From Arenicellales bacterium (lineage in GTDB: Bacteria > Pseudomonadota > Gammaproteobacteria > Arenicellales > JAJDZL01): a stretch of DNA of 64,000 nt. Positions 52,227 through 61,443 of the stretch are shown piece by piece; within the stretch, counting starts at the first letter, position 1, and every line of letters starts with the position of its first letter. The stretch spans positions 1,231,572 to 1,295,571 of the forward strand of contig OZ243980.1 in NCBI GenBank assembly GCA_965214875.1, given 5' to 3'. Made by a program: the position numbers and the translations under genes. The notes beneath the pieces were generated by a model. It was not told the origin of the DNA. It made no database searches and saw nothing but the letters and a program-made list of their open reading frames with translations.

Positions 52227-52241
52227 GTTCGCATCCTCTTT

Positions 52242-53333
52242 TTATTGGGCGAGTTCAACAATGCAGTCACCGCCTTTGGAGGTGACGAATACACGGTCTT
52301 GAATTTGACAGCAGCTTGTTACTCCGTGACGCGTCCCATTCGCACGGCTATGATAGCTGTCAACGGGTCTGTTCCCATTGTCTAGGCGGATCAGCATGCC
52401 GTAAGACAGGGATGGGGCCCAGGGCTTGTGGATGTTCATCGTCTTGACCCCGCCTTGCTGCAAAGGCTCCAGAAAGTTTTGTCCGCTCTTCAAAGTGGGC
52501 GCGATCCAGTATTCAGGATCAATGGTGCTGACCATTTCTTTGCGAAACTCGCTTTGCCTCAGCACGAACTCGATGAGACGGTTGCGAGGCGCGTAAAGGC
52601 ACAGCATGAGCTGCGAGTCGGGCAGTGCAGACATTCTGGCGGGATAGCCCGGCAGATCGCTCACAACCGCTTCGGGAGCGGACTGGCCGGTCGTCGAAAC
52701 CTTCAAAATTCGATGCTTCCAGCATTCGGCCACCAGAATGTCGTCGCTGTCAGGTAACGTTGCTAGCCCATAGGGATAGCCAAGTTCGCCAATGACAAAG
52801 TGGCTCTCTTTGGTCGAAAGATCTATTTTTACAACCGAACCTGTCCGGCCAATCTGCAAAAGGTCGCGGGCCATCTCGGTCGCTTTCACCTCCTTTGATC
52901 CTCGGCAGATGATCAGCGCATTGCGATCATCGAACGCTAAAGCTGTTGGGCAATGCATGCGTTCTGTGTGAATCGAAGGCTCGAAACGCTCTCGCTCTAT
53001 CGCGCCAATGGCGATCGTGCCGTTGTCGTAGCCAATCGCAACGATTCCATCCGGCTTGCTGGCCATGCAGGTGATGGTATTTTCGAATTCCTCGACGAGC
53101 TGCGGTTTTTCAGATGCTTCGAGCGGATTCAGTTTCAACAGCCGGTTGCCGGAAGAAAACCACAATTGCCCGCGAACTTCGATTGCGTTATCCGGCTGGT
53201 CAATCCGTTCGGCTATTGTTGCCGCTTCGTCCAGCCTGTTGTTTGGACGCAGGACTCCGTCCAATGGCGGAACCACAATCGCTTTTGTTCGCAACTGTTC
53301 GACGCATCGGTCGAATAGTTCGTCAATAATCAA
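52242..53333 (-). CDS. Beta-propeller protein resembling the propeller of 53330-55453 in layout (family assignment tentative)
   Basis: Repeated blade-like segments (DGIVAIGYDNGTIAIG, PTALAFDDRNALIICRG, YPYGLATLPDSDDILVAECW, GYPARMSALPDS). Probable TTG start at 53333 forms a TTGA overlap with the upstream stop. Confidence 0.7.
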   Translation of the reverse strand: MIIDELFDRCVEQLRTKAIVVPPLDGVLRPNNRLDEAATIAERIDQPDNAIEVRGQLWFSSGNRLLKLNPLEASEKPQLVEEFENTITCMASKPDGIVAIGYDNGTIAIGAIERERFEPSIHTERMHCPTALAFDDRNALIICRGSKEVKATEMARDLLQIGRTGSVVKIDLSTKESHFVIGELGYPYGLATLPDSDDILVAECWKHRILKVSTTGQSAPEAVVSDLPGYPARMSALPDSQLMLCLYAPRNRLIEFVLRQSEFRKEMVSTIDPEYWIAPTLKSGQNFLEPLQQGGVKTMNIHKPWAPSLSYGMLIRLDNGNRPVDSYHSRANGTRHGVTSCCQIQDRVFVTSKGGDCIVELAQ

Positions 53334-55453
53334 CCTTGCTTTCCCCAGTAGGATGCAATGCCTGTCCAACGAGGGTCCGCATTGTCGAGTTTATACTTGC
53401 CGATTCTGTTGTTCAGTATGCCGCCGATATATAGATGCCCCTTATGCTCTCGCATTGAGGTGACCATTGGGTGATGCTTGCCGCCTAGGTCTCCCAGCGT
53501 CTCGACGATATTGCCGGCTTCGTCAAATTTGATCACTCCGCCCGTATTGATATTGGGAAACAGCCAATCATCCTTGGGGAGGCTGCGCGTCATCAGGCGC
53601 CTGGCGCGAGGACGCTTGAGCATGAGGTCGAACGTTGGCGTGCGCATGCCTAGCCAGGCCATCCAATAGTTCCCGTCCGAGGCTCGGTTTATGTTGTCGG
53701 GGTAGCCTGGCATGTCCCGAATGACGCATTCCATTTTGCCGGCTTTGGGGCCCCGATACCAATATCGATTAACCCTGCATTCCCAGGACTCTGCAAAAAA
53801 GAAAGACTCGCCATCATGCGCCATGCACACGCCATTGGGATAGTTTAGTCGCCGCAGCAAGGTTTTCGTTTTGCCGGTTTGCGGATCGTAGACAAGCACT
53901 CTGCCGGTCGGCCTGTTCTCGACACTGTCGACAGCCCACTCATGTGCGTCATAGCGCGTGGTGGAATCGGTAAAGTAAATCTTGCCGTCAGAACCGATAT
54001 CGAGGTCATTGGGATCTCGAAGGCGCGCATCGTCCACGACTGAAAAATAGGAACGATTTGTTTCCGCGCTGAGACGCGCCACTTTCCTGTCGGGTGTTAC
54101 CGAATAGAGTCCCATTGCGCCAACGCATATCTTAAGGGACTTGTCATGATCGAATGCAAGCCCCAATGGAAATCCGCCGATATGGGTGAACACTTCCCAC
54201 TTTTTATAGTCTGGTGCAAAAAATCTCACAATGTCGCCATGGCGCGAACCGCAGTACAAATGGTCGTCTTCATCCAAGATGACATCCTCAGGGCCCTCAA
54301 CTTCGCCGGCTCCGATTATTTCCGATTCAGATAGTTTGTTATTGAGCGCATAGTCGGTGCCTCCATTCGGCAAAGCCGATAGGGGCTTTTTCATGGAAGT
54401 GTAGACCGGAGCAACATAGATCTTGTCGAGTACCTTGTGGCGGTTTCTTAACCAGCGGATGTCTAAAATTACCGCGAATGTGAGCATGATGCCGAGAACC
54501 ATCTGATTGGTGCCGCTGTGATAGCCCATCCGAATCAGGGAGTTGTTGATGGTCAGCACGATCAGTGCGCCGAGTGCGCCCTTGGCAATCGAGCCGCGCC
54601 CGCCGCCCAGACTGATGCCGCCAACCACGCAGGCGGTCAGGGCCAGGATTTCAAGGCCGATGCCTGTTCCCGGGCCAGTGCCGTTTAGACGAGCGCCAAA
54701 CAAAAAGCCGGCAATGCCGCAACACGCGCCCGAGATGACGTAGGTTGAGAACACGACATTCTTTACATTGATGCCCGTGTTGAACGCGGACCGGCGCGAG
54801 CCGCCGATTGCGCTGATATGCCAGCCTCGCCGCGATCGGCTGATAAAGACATGCGTTGCGAGCAAGACGATCGCGGCAAAAATAAAGCTGACCGGAACAA
54901 GCGCAACAGAGCCGTCGCCAATAAAGTCCCAAAGCTCCGAATCAACATAGGACAACTGAATTGGCGTGCCCAGATGATCGAGTGCAATATCGTAGATTGC
55001 GCGCCCGATCACGAATGTGATCAGCGTCGTAAGGAAGGCACGAAGCTTCAAGTAGCCGATCAGATAGCCATTGAATGCGCCGAATACGGCCCCAACCAGG
55101 ATCGAAATGACCAAAGCGACCGGCACCGGCCAAGCCAGCAAATTGACGACTGCGACGGCGGTCAGGGCGCAAAGCGCGTAGATCGAGCCGATGCTGAGGT
55201 CGATTCCGCCGGCGATCATGACGATTGAAACACCGCACACGATAATCAGAAACTCGCCCATCTGGCGCCCAGCGTCGCTCAGGCTTTGGGGCGAGAGAAA
55301 TCCGTCGATCAGATCGTTCAGTAAAACGATGGTGATGACCAAAAAGATGATCGGGACGATATTGTCGACCCATCGTTTGGTCAGCAACTCGCCGAGCAGA
55401 TGATCCGGAACGTAGTTGTAGCGCAGTTTGCTGAGATAGGACTTCGAAATCAT
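53330..55453 (-). CDS. ABC transporter permease (BPD_transp_2/RbsC-like) fused to a C-terminal strictosidine-synthase/SMP-30-like beta-propeller
   Basis: The N-terminal ~330 aa are polytopic (GGIDLSIGSIYALCAL, GGISLGGGRGSI). The C-terminal ~370 aa carry EGPEDVILDEDDHLYCGSRHGDIVRF, PNDLDIGSDGKIYFTDST, YPNGVCMAHDGESFFFAESW, GYPDNINRASDGNYWMAW. Confidence 0.85.
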   Translation of the reverse strand: MISKSYLSKLRYNYVPDHLLGELLTKRWVDNIVPIIFLVITIVLLNDLIDGFLSPQSLSDAGRQMGEFLIIVCGVSIVMIAGGIDLSIGSIYALCALTAVAVVNLLAWPVPVALVISILVGAVFGAFNGYLIGYLKLRAFLTTLITFVIGRAIYDIALDHLGTPIQLSYVDSELWDFIGDGSVALVPVSFIFAAIVLLATHVFISRSRRGWHISAIGGSRRSAFNTGINVKNVVFSTYVISGACCGIAGFLFGARLNGTGPGTGIGLEILALTACVVGGISLGGGRGSIAKGALGALIVLTINNSLIRMGYHSGTNQMVLGIMLTFAVILDIRWLRNRHKVLDKIYVAPVYTSMKKPLSALPNGGTDYALNNKLSESEIIGAGEVEGPEDVILDEDDHLYCGSRHGDIVRFFAPDYKKWEVFTHIGGFPLGLAFDHDKSLKICVGAMGLYSVTPDRKVARLSAETNRSYFSVVDDARLRDPNDLDIGSDGKIYFTDSTTRYDAHEWAVDSVENRPTGRVLVYDPQTGKTKTLLRRLNYPNGVCMAHDGESFFFAESWECRVNRYWYRGPKAGKMECVIRDMPGYPDNINRASDGNYWMAWLGMRTPTFDLMLKRPRARRLMTRSLPKDDWLFPNINTGGVIKFDEAGNIVETLGDLGGKHHPMVTSMREHKGHLYIGGILNNRIGKYKLDNADPRWTGIASYWGKQG

Positions 55454-55607
55454 TTCCAGTGCCGATTCGAATTCATGCCTGCCTGCAGATCAAGATGGCG
55501 GCAGCGCAAAGTTTTGATCTTTGAGTAAAGATGCTGGCAAATCTTTTGCAGTGCCAATCTGCGCCTGGGCACTGTGCTGGACCGGCAGGCGCAGATTGAA
55601 AGGCGTC

Positions 55608-56639
55608 TTATCCGCCCATTTCTTCCGCTAGGCTGGCCGCGTTGCGCTCCAGACTCCAGCAGTAGCCGGGGTAGATGTCATCCTTGGTGGTAATCACTTC
55701 ATGGGTGTAAAGGAATGTCTGCAATTCGCCAGCGGGCTTGCCGCTTTGCAGCAGTACCTTGATGGTGGCGTTCACCGCTTGGGACTGTTTCGGGATCTCG
55801 GTGGATACCAGCGCATCGATGGTGCCTTCGCTAAGCATTTTGCAGTCCACCTCTTCGCCGCCGCCTGTAGTGATCAGCGCAATTTCGCCAGTTTTGCCAG
55901 CTGCGCGTATCGCTGCCGCAGTCCCTACGGCCGTGCCATCCCAGAAGTCGATGATTGCGCAAAGGTCCGGGTGCTGTTGCAGCATCGTTGTAGTTACCGC
56001 TTGCGCTTTAGTCGCATCCCAGCCCGAATACGGCTTGGAAACCACTTCGATGTGATCATTGGCTTCGACAATGTTCATGATGCCGTTGTACTGATCAATG
56101 CTTGATGCATTGACTTGCTCACCTTGGATTAGGCCGATCTTGCCGGAAGTTCCCTCGCCGCAGTGATCGAGCGCGGCTGTCGCCTCTAGCTCGCCGAGCG
56201 TCTCCCAGTTGCTTCCGATGAAAGCCTCTGTGTTGTACGCACTGCGGTTATCGATCTGGATGACGTAGATACCCGCTTTCTGGGCCCGCTTGTAAAGCTT
56301 GACGTACGAGCGCAGGTCCGGATTATGGACAATGATGACATCCGGCTTGCTGGCGATCGCGTCGGTGAGCGCTTGCGCACCGGCTTCAACACTCCAGTTG
56401 GGATCGCGCGTTTCGAATATGCCGCCCCATGAACGGACTTCTTTGCCGATATAGTAGTTCCAGCCTTGGGCAAGGTCGAACCCCATCGCCATCGGCATCA
56501 GGATGACCCGCTTGCCCTCCAAAGCTTGGCGTGCCAGCTCAGGCCCCGGATCCTCCTGCGCTAGTGCTGAGGAAGCGCCGATCGCCAGCGATACGGCCGC
56601 CAGTGTCAGGTATCGTGCAAAATATCTAATTGATTTCAT
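55608..56639 (-). CDS. Periplasmic sugar-binding protein (RbsB/Peripla_BP_4-like)
   Basis: MKSIRYFARYLTLAAVSLAIGASSALAQE is a signal peptide. AAGGAGG sits 7 nt upstream of the ATG at 56639. Layout is typical of type I periplasmic binding proteins. Confidence 0.9.
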   Translation of the reverse strand: MKSIRYFARYLTLAAVSLAIGASSALAQEDPGPELARQALEGKRVILMPMAMGFDLAQGWNYYIGKEVRSWGGIFETRDPNWSVEAGAQALTDAIASKPDVIIVHNPDLRSYVKLYKRAQKAGIYVIQIDNRSAYNTEAFIGSNWETLGELEATAALDHCGEGTSGKIGLIQGEQVNASSIDQYNGIMNIVEANDHIEVVSKPYSGWDATKAQAVTTTMLQQHPDLCAIIDFWDGTAVGTAAAIRAAGKTGEIALITTGGGEEVDCKMLSEGTIDALVSTEIPKQSQAVNATIKVLLQSGKPAGELQTFLYTHEVITTKDDIYPGYCWSLERNAASLAEEMGG

Positions 56640-57081
56640 AATCTCCTCCTTTGAGTGAATGCGAATATGCAAATTGCGAACAAGCTAGAAGACACCTTGC
56701 AAACCGGCATGAGCGCTTTGCTGAAGTTGCGGCATACCCGTAGCAGAAAGGGTAATTCTACCCATTTCATCCGCTGGGCAAAACTTATGGCATCTGCCTT
56801 TACATGATGTCAGTTTTGCCTGACTAATATGCTAAATCTTCCGTTGCCAATAATTTCCAAATTAATTTTTCCATTTTAACGGCATAGAGCATTATGGAGC
56901 AGGTTTTTCACACGCTAATCGTTGCAGCGCATTCCAACCAGCTGACAAGCGCATTTTTCTGCTCGCTAGCATGTCTTGAAACAGATTCGTGCCATCCATG
57001 TCGTTTCTTGCCGAACTTTCGACTTCGAATTCTGTGTGGACGTGATAGGCTGCGGCCCAAGATCGGATTAAATTTAGCGTG

Positions 57082-57092
57082 CCCCCCCCCCC
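57082..57092. repeat. C11 homopolymer in a long non-coding spacer
   Basis: Counted directly: agcgtg-CCCCCCCCCCC-tgcatt. Confidence 0.9.
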
Positions 57093-57504
57093 TGCATTAT
57101 GGAGTTTGCTTTTTTGCGTTCATCCAAAGAATGCGAAGCGACTTCAAGCCGCAAGCGAGCCGTCGAGCCATGACCACATGCGCCGGTTTTTTTTAACAAC
57201 GATTCTGTGCATTCGACCATTGCTTGAAGCTTTAAAATAGGCGCAGAGCCGGAGTCGGGAAGCCTCAGTGGGCCATGGCGACCTCTCCAATTCATGCGCT
57301 TATTTCCTGTGTGCATGTATAACAGCCCTAGCATATGATCAGATGATATTTATCTTGAGTAAAATTGATGGTTTCGAGGTGCTTGAGCTCATTGTTATGA
57401 ATGACCCTCATGCTAGGAACTTGCGCGACAAGAGTCCTTTTCTCATGTTTATCAGTGCCGCTTTAGGTCGCATCGTCCCCGCTTTTGCTGTTCGTTCGTT
57501 CAGT

Positions 57505-58374
57505 TCAGCCCCGCTTTTGCGTCTTCAGCGCTTTAAGCAGTGCCGCAAGCGGCGGCGATACTACCGACTGCGATAGTGTCAGCGCGCCGATGTCGCGGTT
57601 GAATGCAGGTTTGCCAAAAGGCACGCTGCGAAGTCTGCGCGAAAGTGGCCTGGCACCGAAACACTGTGGAATTATTGATGCGCCAAGGCCTGCGCCAACC
57701 AGCGAGGAAATTGCATCAAGGGTATCGATTTCCATATTGGCTGACACCTTGATTCTGCGACGGTTCAGTTCTTGTTCGATGCATCTTCCGGCCCAGGACT
57801 TTCGATTGAACCAGATAAATGGGTTCGAGGTCAGGATCTCAACGTCAGTTTGGCCTTGGGCATGCAATGGAGCGATGACTACGCAGGGTTCCGCCGCAAT
57901 ATGATGCCAAGTCAGGCTCGGATGCAGCACTAGCGGCTTAGTGCACACGGCCATGTCAAGTTCTCCTCGGGCAAGGCCATCAGCCAATTCGGCAGAACCT
58001 CCGCTTCTGACATCCAATTGCAAATGCGGATGCTCATGGCGCAGCGTGCTGATTGAAGCAGGCAGGAAACTTGACAAGCTGCTGGGCACGGCTCCAACCG
58101 TCAGTTTCCCTCGCACCAGCTGGTCGGATGCGGTTTTTTTGGCTTCTTCCAATAGTTCGACGATCTTGCGGCAATGGTCAGCAAGAACCATCCCCCGAGC
58201 CGATGGTGTCGGCGGGCGTGTTGAACGGTCAAACAGATATACGCCCAGTTCCGCTTCGAGCGACTTGATCTGCAGGCTGACGGCTGATTGCGACAGTCCC
58301 AGCTTGTTGCCAGCCGAAACGAACGATCCGGCATCCACTACAGCGAGAAACGTTTTTATCTGGCGAAAATCCAA
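57505..58374 (-). CDS. LysR-family transcriptional regulator
   Basis: MDFRQIKTFLAVVDAGSFVSAGNKLGLSQSAVSLQIKSLEAELG is a LysR HTH. 289 aa. Confidence 0.92.
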   Translation of the reverse strand: MDFRQIKTFLAVVDAGSFVSAGNKLGLSQSAVSLQIKSLEAELGVYLFDRSTRPPTPSARGMVLADHCRKIVELLEEAKKTASDQLVRGKLTVGAVPSSLSSFLPASISTLRHEHPHLQLDVRSGGSAELADGLARGELDMAVCTKPLVLHPSLTWHHIAAEPCVVIAPLHAQGQTDVEILTSNPFIWFNRKSWAGRCIEQELNRRRIKVSANMEIDTLDAISSLVGAGLGASIIPQCFGARPLSRRLRSVPFGKPAFNRDIGALTLSQSVVSPPLAALLKALKTQKRG

Positions 58375-58513
58375 AATCTCGTTGCCTAGATCTTGCCTTT
58401 GGTCATTCTTGATCTATGCGCGAACTGATTCGGAAGCAAACAGATTTGTGCGAGTGCGGCTTCCTGCCCGGGTGAGAGCAATGCTTGTTGCGCTTTTGTG
58501 CCCAAGGGTTTCT

Positions 58514-59824
58514 TCAATCTTTCAATCCGTTGCAAGCCTGCGCAATCCGTTCGCAAGCCGCAGTCAAGTCGGCATCAGATGCAGCTGTCGATAGTCGAAG
58601 ATGGTGCGATAGCCCGAAAGCCGTGCCCGGCACGGTCGATACGTGATGCGACTCAAGCAGCCAGTTGCAAACGTCGATGTCATTGGCAAGCCGTTGCCCG
58701 CTCGGTGTCGCTTTCCCGATGGCGTTGTGGCATCCAGGGAACACATAGAAGGCGCCTTGCGGCTGCATGACTGATAGAATTTGCGTCTGCGCAAGCGCCG
58801 CAACGACCGCTTTGCTGCGTCTTTCAAACACGGCGGCGCGATCCGCCATGAAATCGGTTGGCCCATTCAGCGCCGCAAGCGCGGCCGCTTGCGAGACCGA
58901 ACAGGCATGAGTGGTACTTTGACCCTGGATTGTATTGATGCCGTCAATCAGCTGCTTGGGACCGGCACTGTATCCGATGCGCCAGCCGGTCATGGAAAAT
59001 GCTTTGGAAACGCCGTTGACCAGCACGGTGCGCTCTCGAAGTTGCGGGGCTACATTGAGTATGGATACGAATTCAGCACCTTCGAATATCAGATGCTCAT
59101 AGATGTCATCGCTGATCACATGGACTTGCGAATGGCGTTCCAATACAGCGGCAATCTGTTCCAAAGCCTCCGCTGAATAGACGCCACCGGTCGGATTGCT
59201 TGGCGAATTGAGGAAAAGCCACTTGGTGTTCGGCGTGATTGCTTGTTCGAGCTGCTCCGCAGAGATGGCAAAACGCCGTTCATGCGAACATGGAACCGCG
59301 ACCGGAGTTCCCTCGCACAGCGAGACAATGTCCGCATAGGATGGCCAATAGGGCGAAGGGATGATGACTTCATCGCCGGCAGAGACGGTTGCCATCATGG
59401 TGTTGTAGATCGCCTGCTTGGCACCGCTAGCGACAGAAATTTCTTCAACTGAGTACCGCAGAGAGTTTTCTCTTTCGAACTTTCTCGCGATTGCCTCTCG
59501 CAGTTCTGCCTCGCCGGCAACGATCGTGTAGCGAGTCAGATTGTTCTCAATTGCTTCGAACGCTGCGCGCTTGATGTGATCAGGGGTGTTGAAATCAGGT
59601 TCGCCAATGCCTAAGTCAATGACCGGGTGGCCTTCGGCTTTCAATTGCTTGGCTTTTTGCACCAGCTGCATGATTGTCGGCGGTTGCGCGTTTTTGAGTC
59701 GTTCTGCGATCATCTGCGTGTTGATCCATGTTTGAAGTGGTTGCTTCTTCTTTCGGGCTTGCGGGATATTCAAATTGGTCGTTCTCGTCATAATCCGATT
59801 AAAAATCAGTCGAAAGCCGGTCAA
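58514..59824 (-). CDS. Class I/II (aspartate-type) aminotransferase
   Basis: VIDLGIGEPDFNTP, LNSPSNPTGGVY, GVSKAFSMTGWRIGY (PLP lysine). Start uncertain: TTG at 59824 in a TTGA overlap, or an internal ATG at 59791 or 59713. Confidence 0.9.
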   Translation of the reverse strand: MTGFRLIFNRIMTRTTNLNIPQARKKKQPLQTWINTQMIAERLKNAQPPTIMQLVQKAKQLKAEGHPVIDLGIGEPDFNTPDHIKRAAFEAIENNLTRYTIVAGEAELREAIARKFERENSLRYSVEEISVASGAKQAIYNTMMATVSAGDEVIIPSPYWPSYADIVSLCEGTPVAVPCSHERRFAISAEQLEQAITPNTKWLFLNSPSNPTGGVYSAEALEQIAAVLERHSQVHVISDDIYEHLIFEGAEFVSILNVAPQLRERTVLVNGVSKAFSMTGWRIGYSAGPKQLIDGINTIQGQSTTHACSVSQAAALAALNGPTDFMADRAAVFERRSKAVVAALAQTQILSVMQPQGAFYVFPGCHNAIGKATPSGQRLANDIDVCNWLLESHHVSTVPGTAFGLSHHLRLSTAASDADLTAACERIAQACNGLKD

Positions 59825-61443
59825 ATTCGATTGTCGTACGCCCTTTGATTCACTACTGCCGCAATCAAGGTGAATCTTTCGGAGTCTTGAGCGGCATCCA
59901 AGGCGGAAGTCAATTCGTTCATGTTTCGCACCGTAAACCCGTTGCCCCCGAATGCTTTGGCCAGAGTTGCAAAGTCATGCATGTCGAAATCTACTGCGGC
60001 ATTTGGCAGGCCGCGCTGTCGCTGTTTCAGTTCAATCAGAGCGAGGCTTGAATCCACAAATACGACGAAGATCGTGTTTTGGCGCAGTTCGGCTGCCGTT
60101 GCAAGCTCGCCGGCAACCATGAGCATCCCGGCATCTCCGCTAAATGCAATGACCGGTCGGTCGGGTGCGGCTAGCTTTGCGCCGAGCGCCAAAGGCACCG
60201 CGCAGCCCATGGTGCAAAGGCCGGAGGATTGCAGCAGCGTGGAGGGCTGATGGCAAATCCATTTTTGAGACAGCAAGATCCGGTGCGCCCCTGAATCGGC
60301 AGTCGCGATGGTGTCGTCGGGCATGGCATCTCTGCAACCGGCGATCACTGCGGCTGGTCCCCAATCAGGTTCGGCGACGAAAGCTTCATCCAATTTTCGC
60401 TTGATCTCGACGACTTCATCCACAGGCCATGATTTGCACGGATGGCTATCTTGCCTGAGCAAATCAAGCGTTGCAGGCACGCTGGCGACAAAATTCAGCG
60501 TCGACTGATGCATATAGTGAAATGGCGGTTCCGCGCAAATGTCGATAGCGCGGGTTTGATTTGGGTCCCAAATATCCCGCCACCCGATGCGCATCTCGAT
60601 CGGATCGTAGCCTGCGCAGATAATCAGATCGGCTTTCTGCACAAACGGAACAAGAATGCTATCAGCCAGCGGGGAAAGGCCGGCCCCGCCTAGCGACAGA
60701 TCACCCGTTTCCGGCATCAGCCCTTTGCCCTTGTAGGTTGTGATAAGCGGCATGCCGAAGTGCTGGCAGAACGAACGGATGGAGCCCGACGCGTTTTCTG
60801 CTACGGCATCAAGGCCTGCGATCATGACAGCGAACCTCGCTTCGCTCAGCCATGTGCGCGCCAAATCGATCTGCGCCGGATCCGCTGGCACTGAAGGCGA
60901 CGGCATCACCATGCGGCGAAGCCGCGATGGACTGGAAGGCTGGTTGGCGACGCTGATTGGAACATCGATATGCACAGGCCCCGCTCTTGGCTGTGTCGCG
61001 ACCGCAATCGCCTTGTCCGCGACCACGTCGGCGCCTTCTGCATTCAGCCGCAATGTTTGCTTGGTCAGTGATTGGAATACGGCTTGATGATCCATGACCT
61101 GGTGGGTATAGGTCAAAGCGTCAGCCTCGTCGACGCAGCCGGTCAGCACGAGCAGCGGGACTCTGTCCTGCATCGCGTTTGCGACAACATTGACGGCGTT
61201 CATGGCGCCCGGCCCGACGGTTGCAACAAGAATTCCTGGCGCCTTGTTTATGTGCCAAACGCCTTCCGCCATGAAGCCGGCGCTGTTTTCATGCTTTGCC
61301 AGAATGAATTCTATGCCGGCCCGTTCGAGAGCGTCGATTAACGTCAGCACCTCGCCACCTGATATCCCGAACGCGTAGCGGCACCCTGCTTCGTAAAGTC
61401 GCGCCGCAACAAGGTCGGAGGCTGTTGTTTGCCGGTTTCTCAT
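59821..61443 (-). CDS. Thiamine-diphosphate-dependent enzyme (acetolactate-synthase-like family)
   Basis: FGISGGEVLTLIDAL, HENSAGFMAEG, TVGPGAMNAVNVVANA, GLCTMGCAVPLALGA...GDAGMLM. 540 aa. Confidence 0.9.
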   Translation of the reverse strand: MRNRQTTASDLVAARLYEAGCRYAFGISGGEVLTLIDALERAGIEFILAKHENSAGFMAEGVWHINKAPGILVATVGPGAMNAVNVVANAMQDRVPLLVLTGCVDEADALTYTHQVMDHQAVFQSLTKQTLRLNAEGADVVADKAIAVATQPRAGPVHIDVPISVANQPSSPSRLRRMVMPSPSVPADPAQIDLARTWLSEARFAVMIAGLDAVAENASGSIRSFCQHFGMPLITTYKGKGLMPETGDLSLGGAGLSPLADSILVPFVQKADLIICAGYDPIEMRIGWRDIWDPNQTRAIDICAEPPFHYMHQSTLNFVASVPATLDLLRQDSHPCKSWPVDEVVEIKRKLDEAFVAEPDWGPAAVIAGCRDAMPDDTIATADSGAHRILLSQKWICHQPSTLLQSSGLCTMGCAVPLALGAKLAAPDRPVIAFSGDAGMLMVAGELATAAELRQNTIFVVFVDSSLALIELKQRQRGLPNAAVDFDMHDFATLAKAFGGNGFTVRNMNELTSALDAAQDSERFTLIAAVVNQRAYDNRI

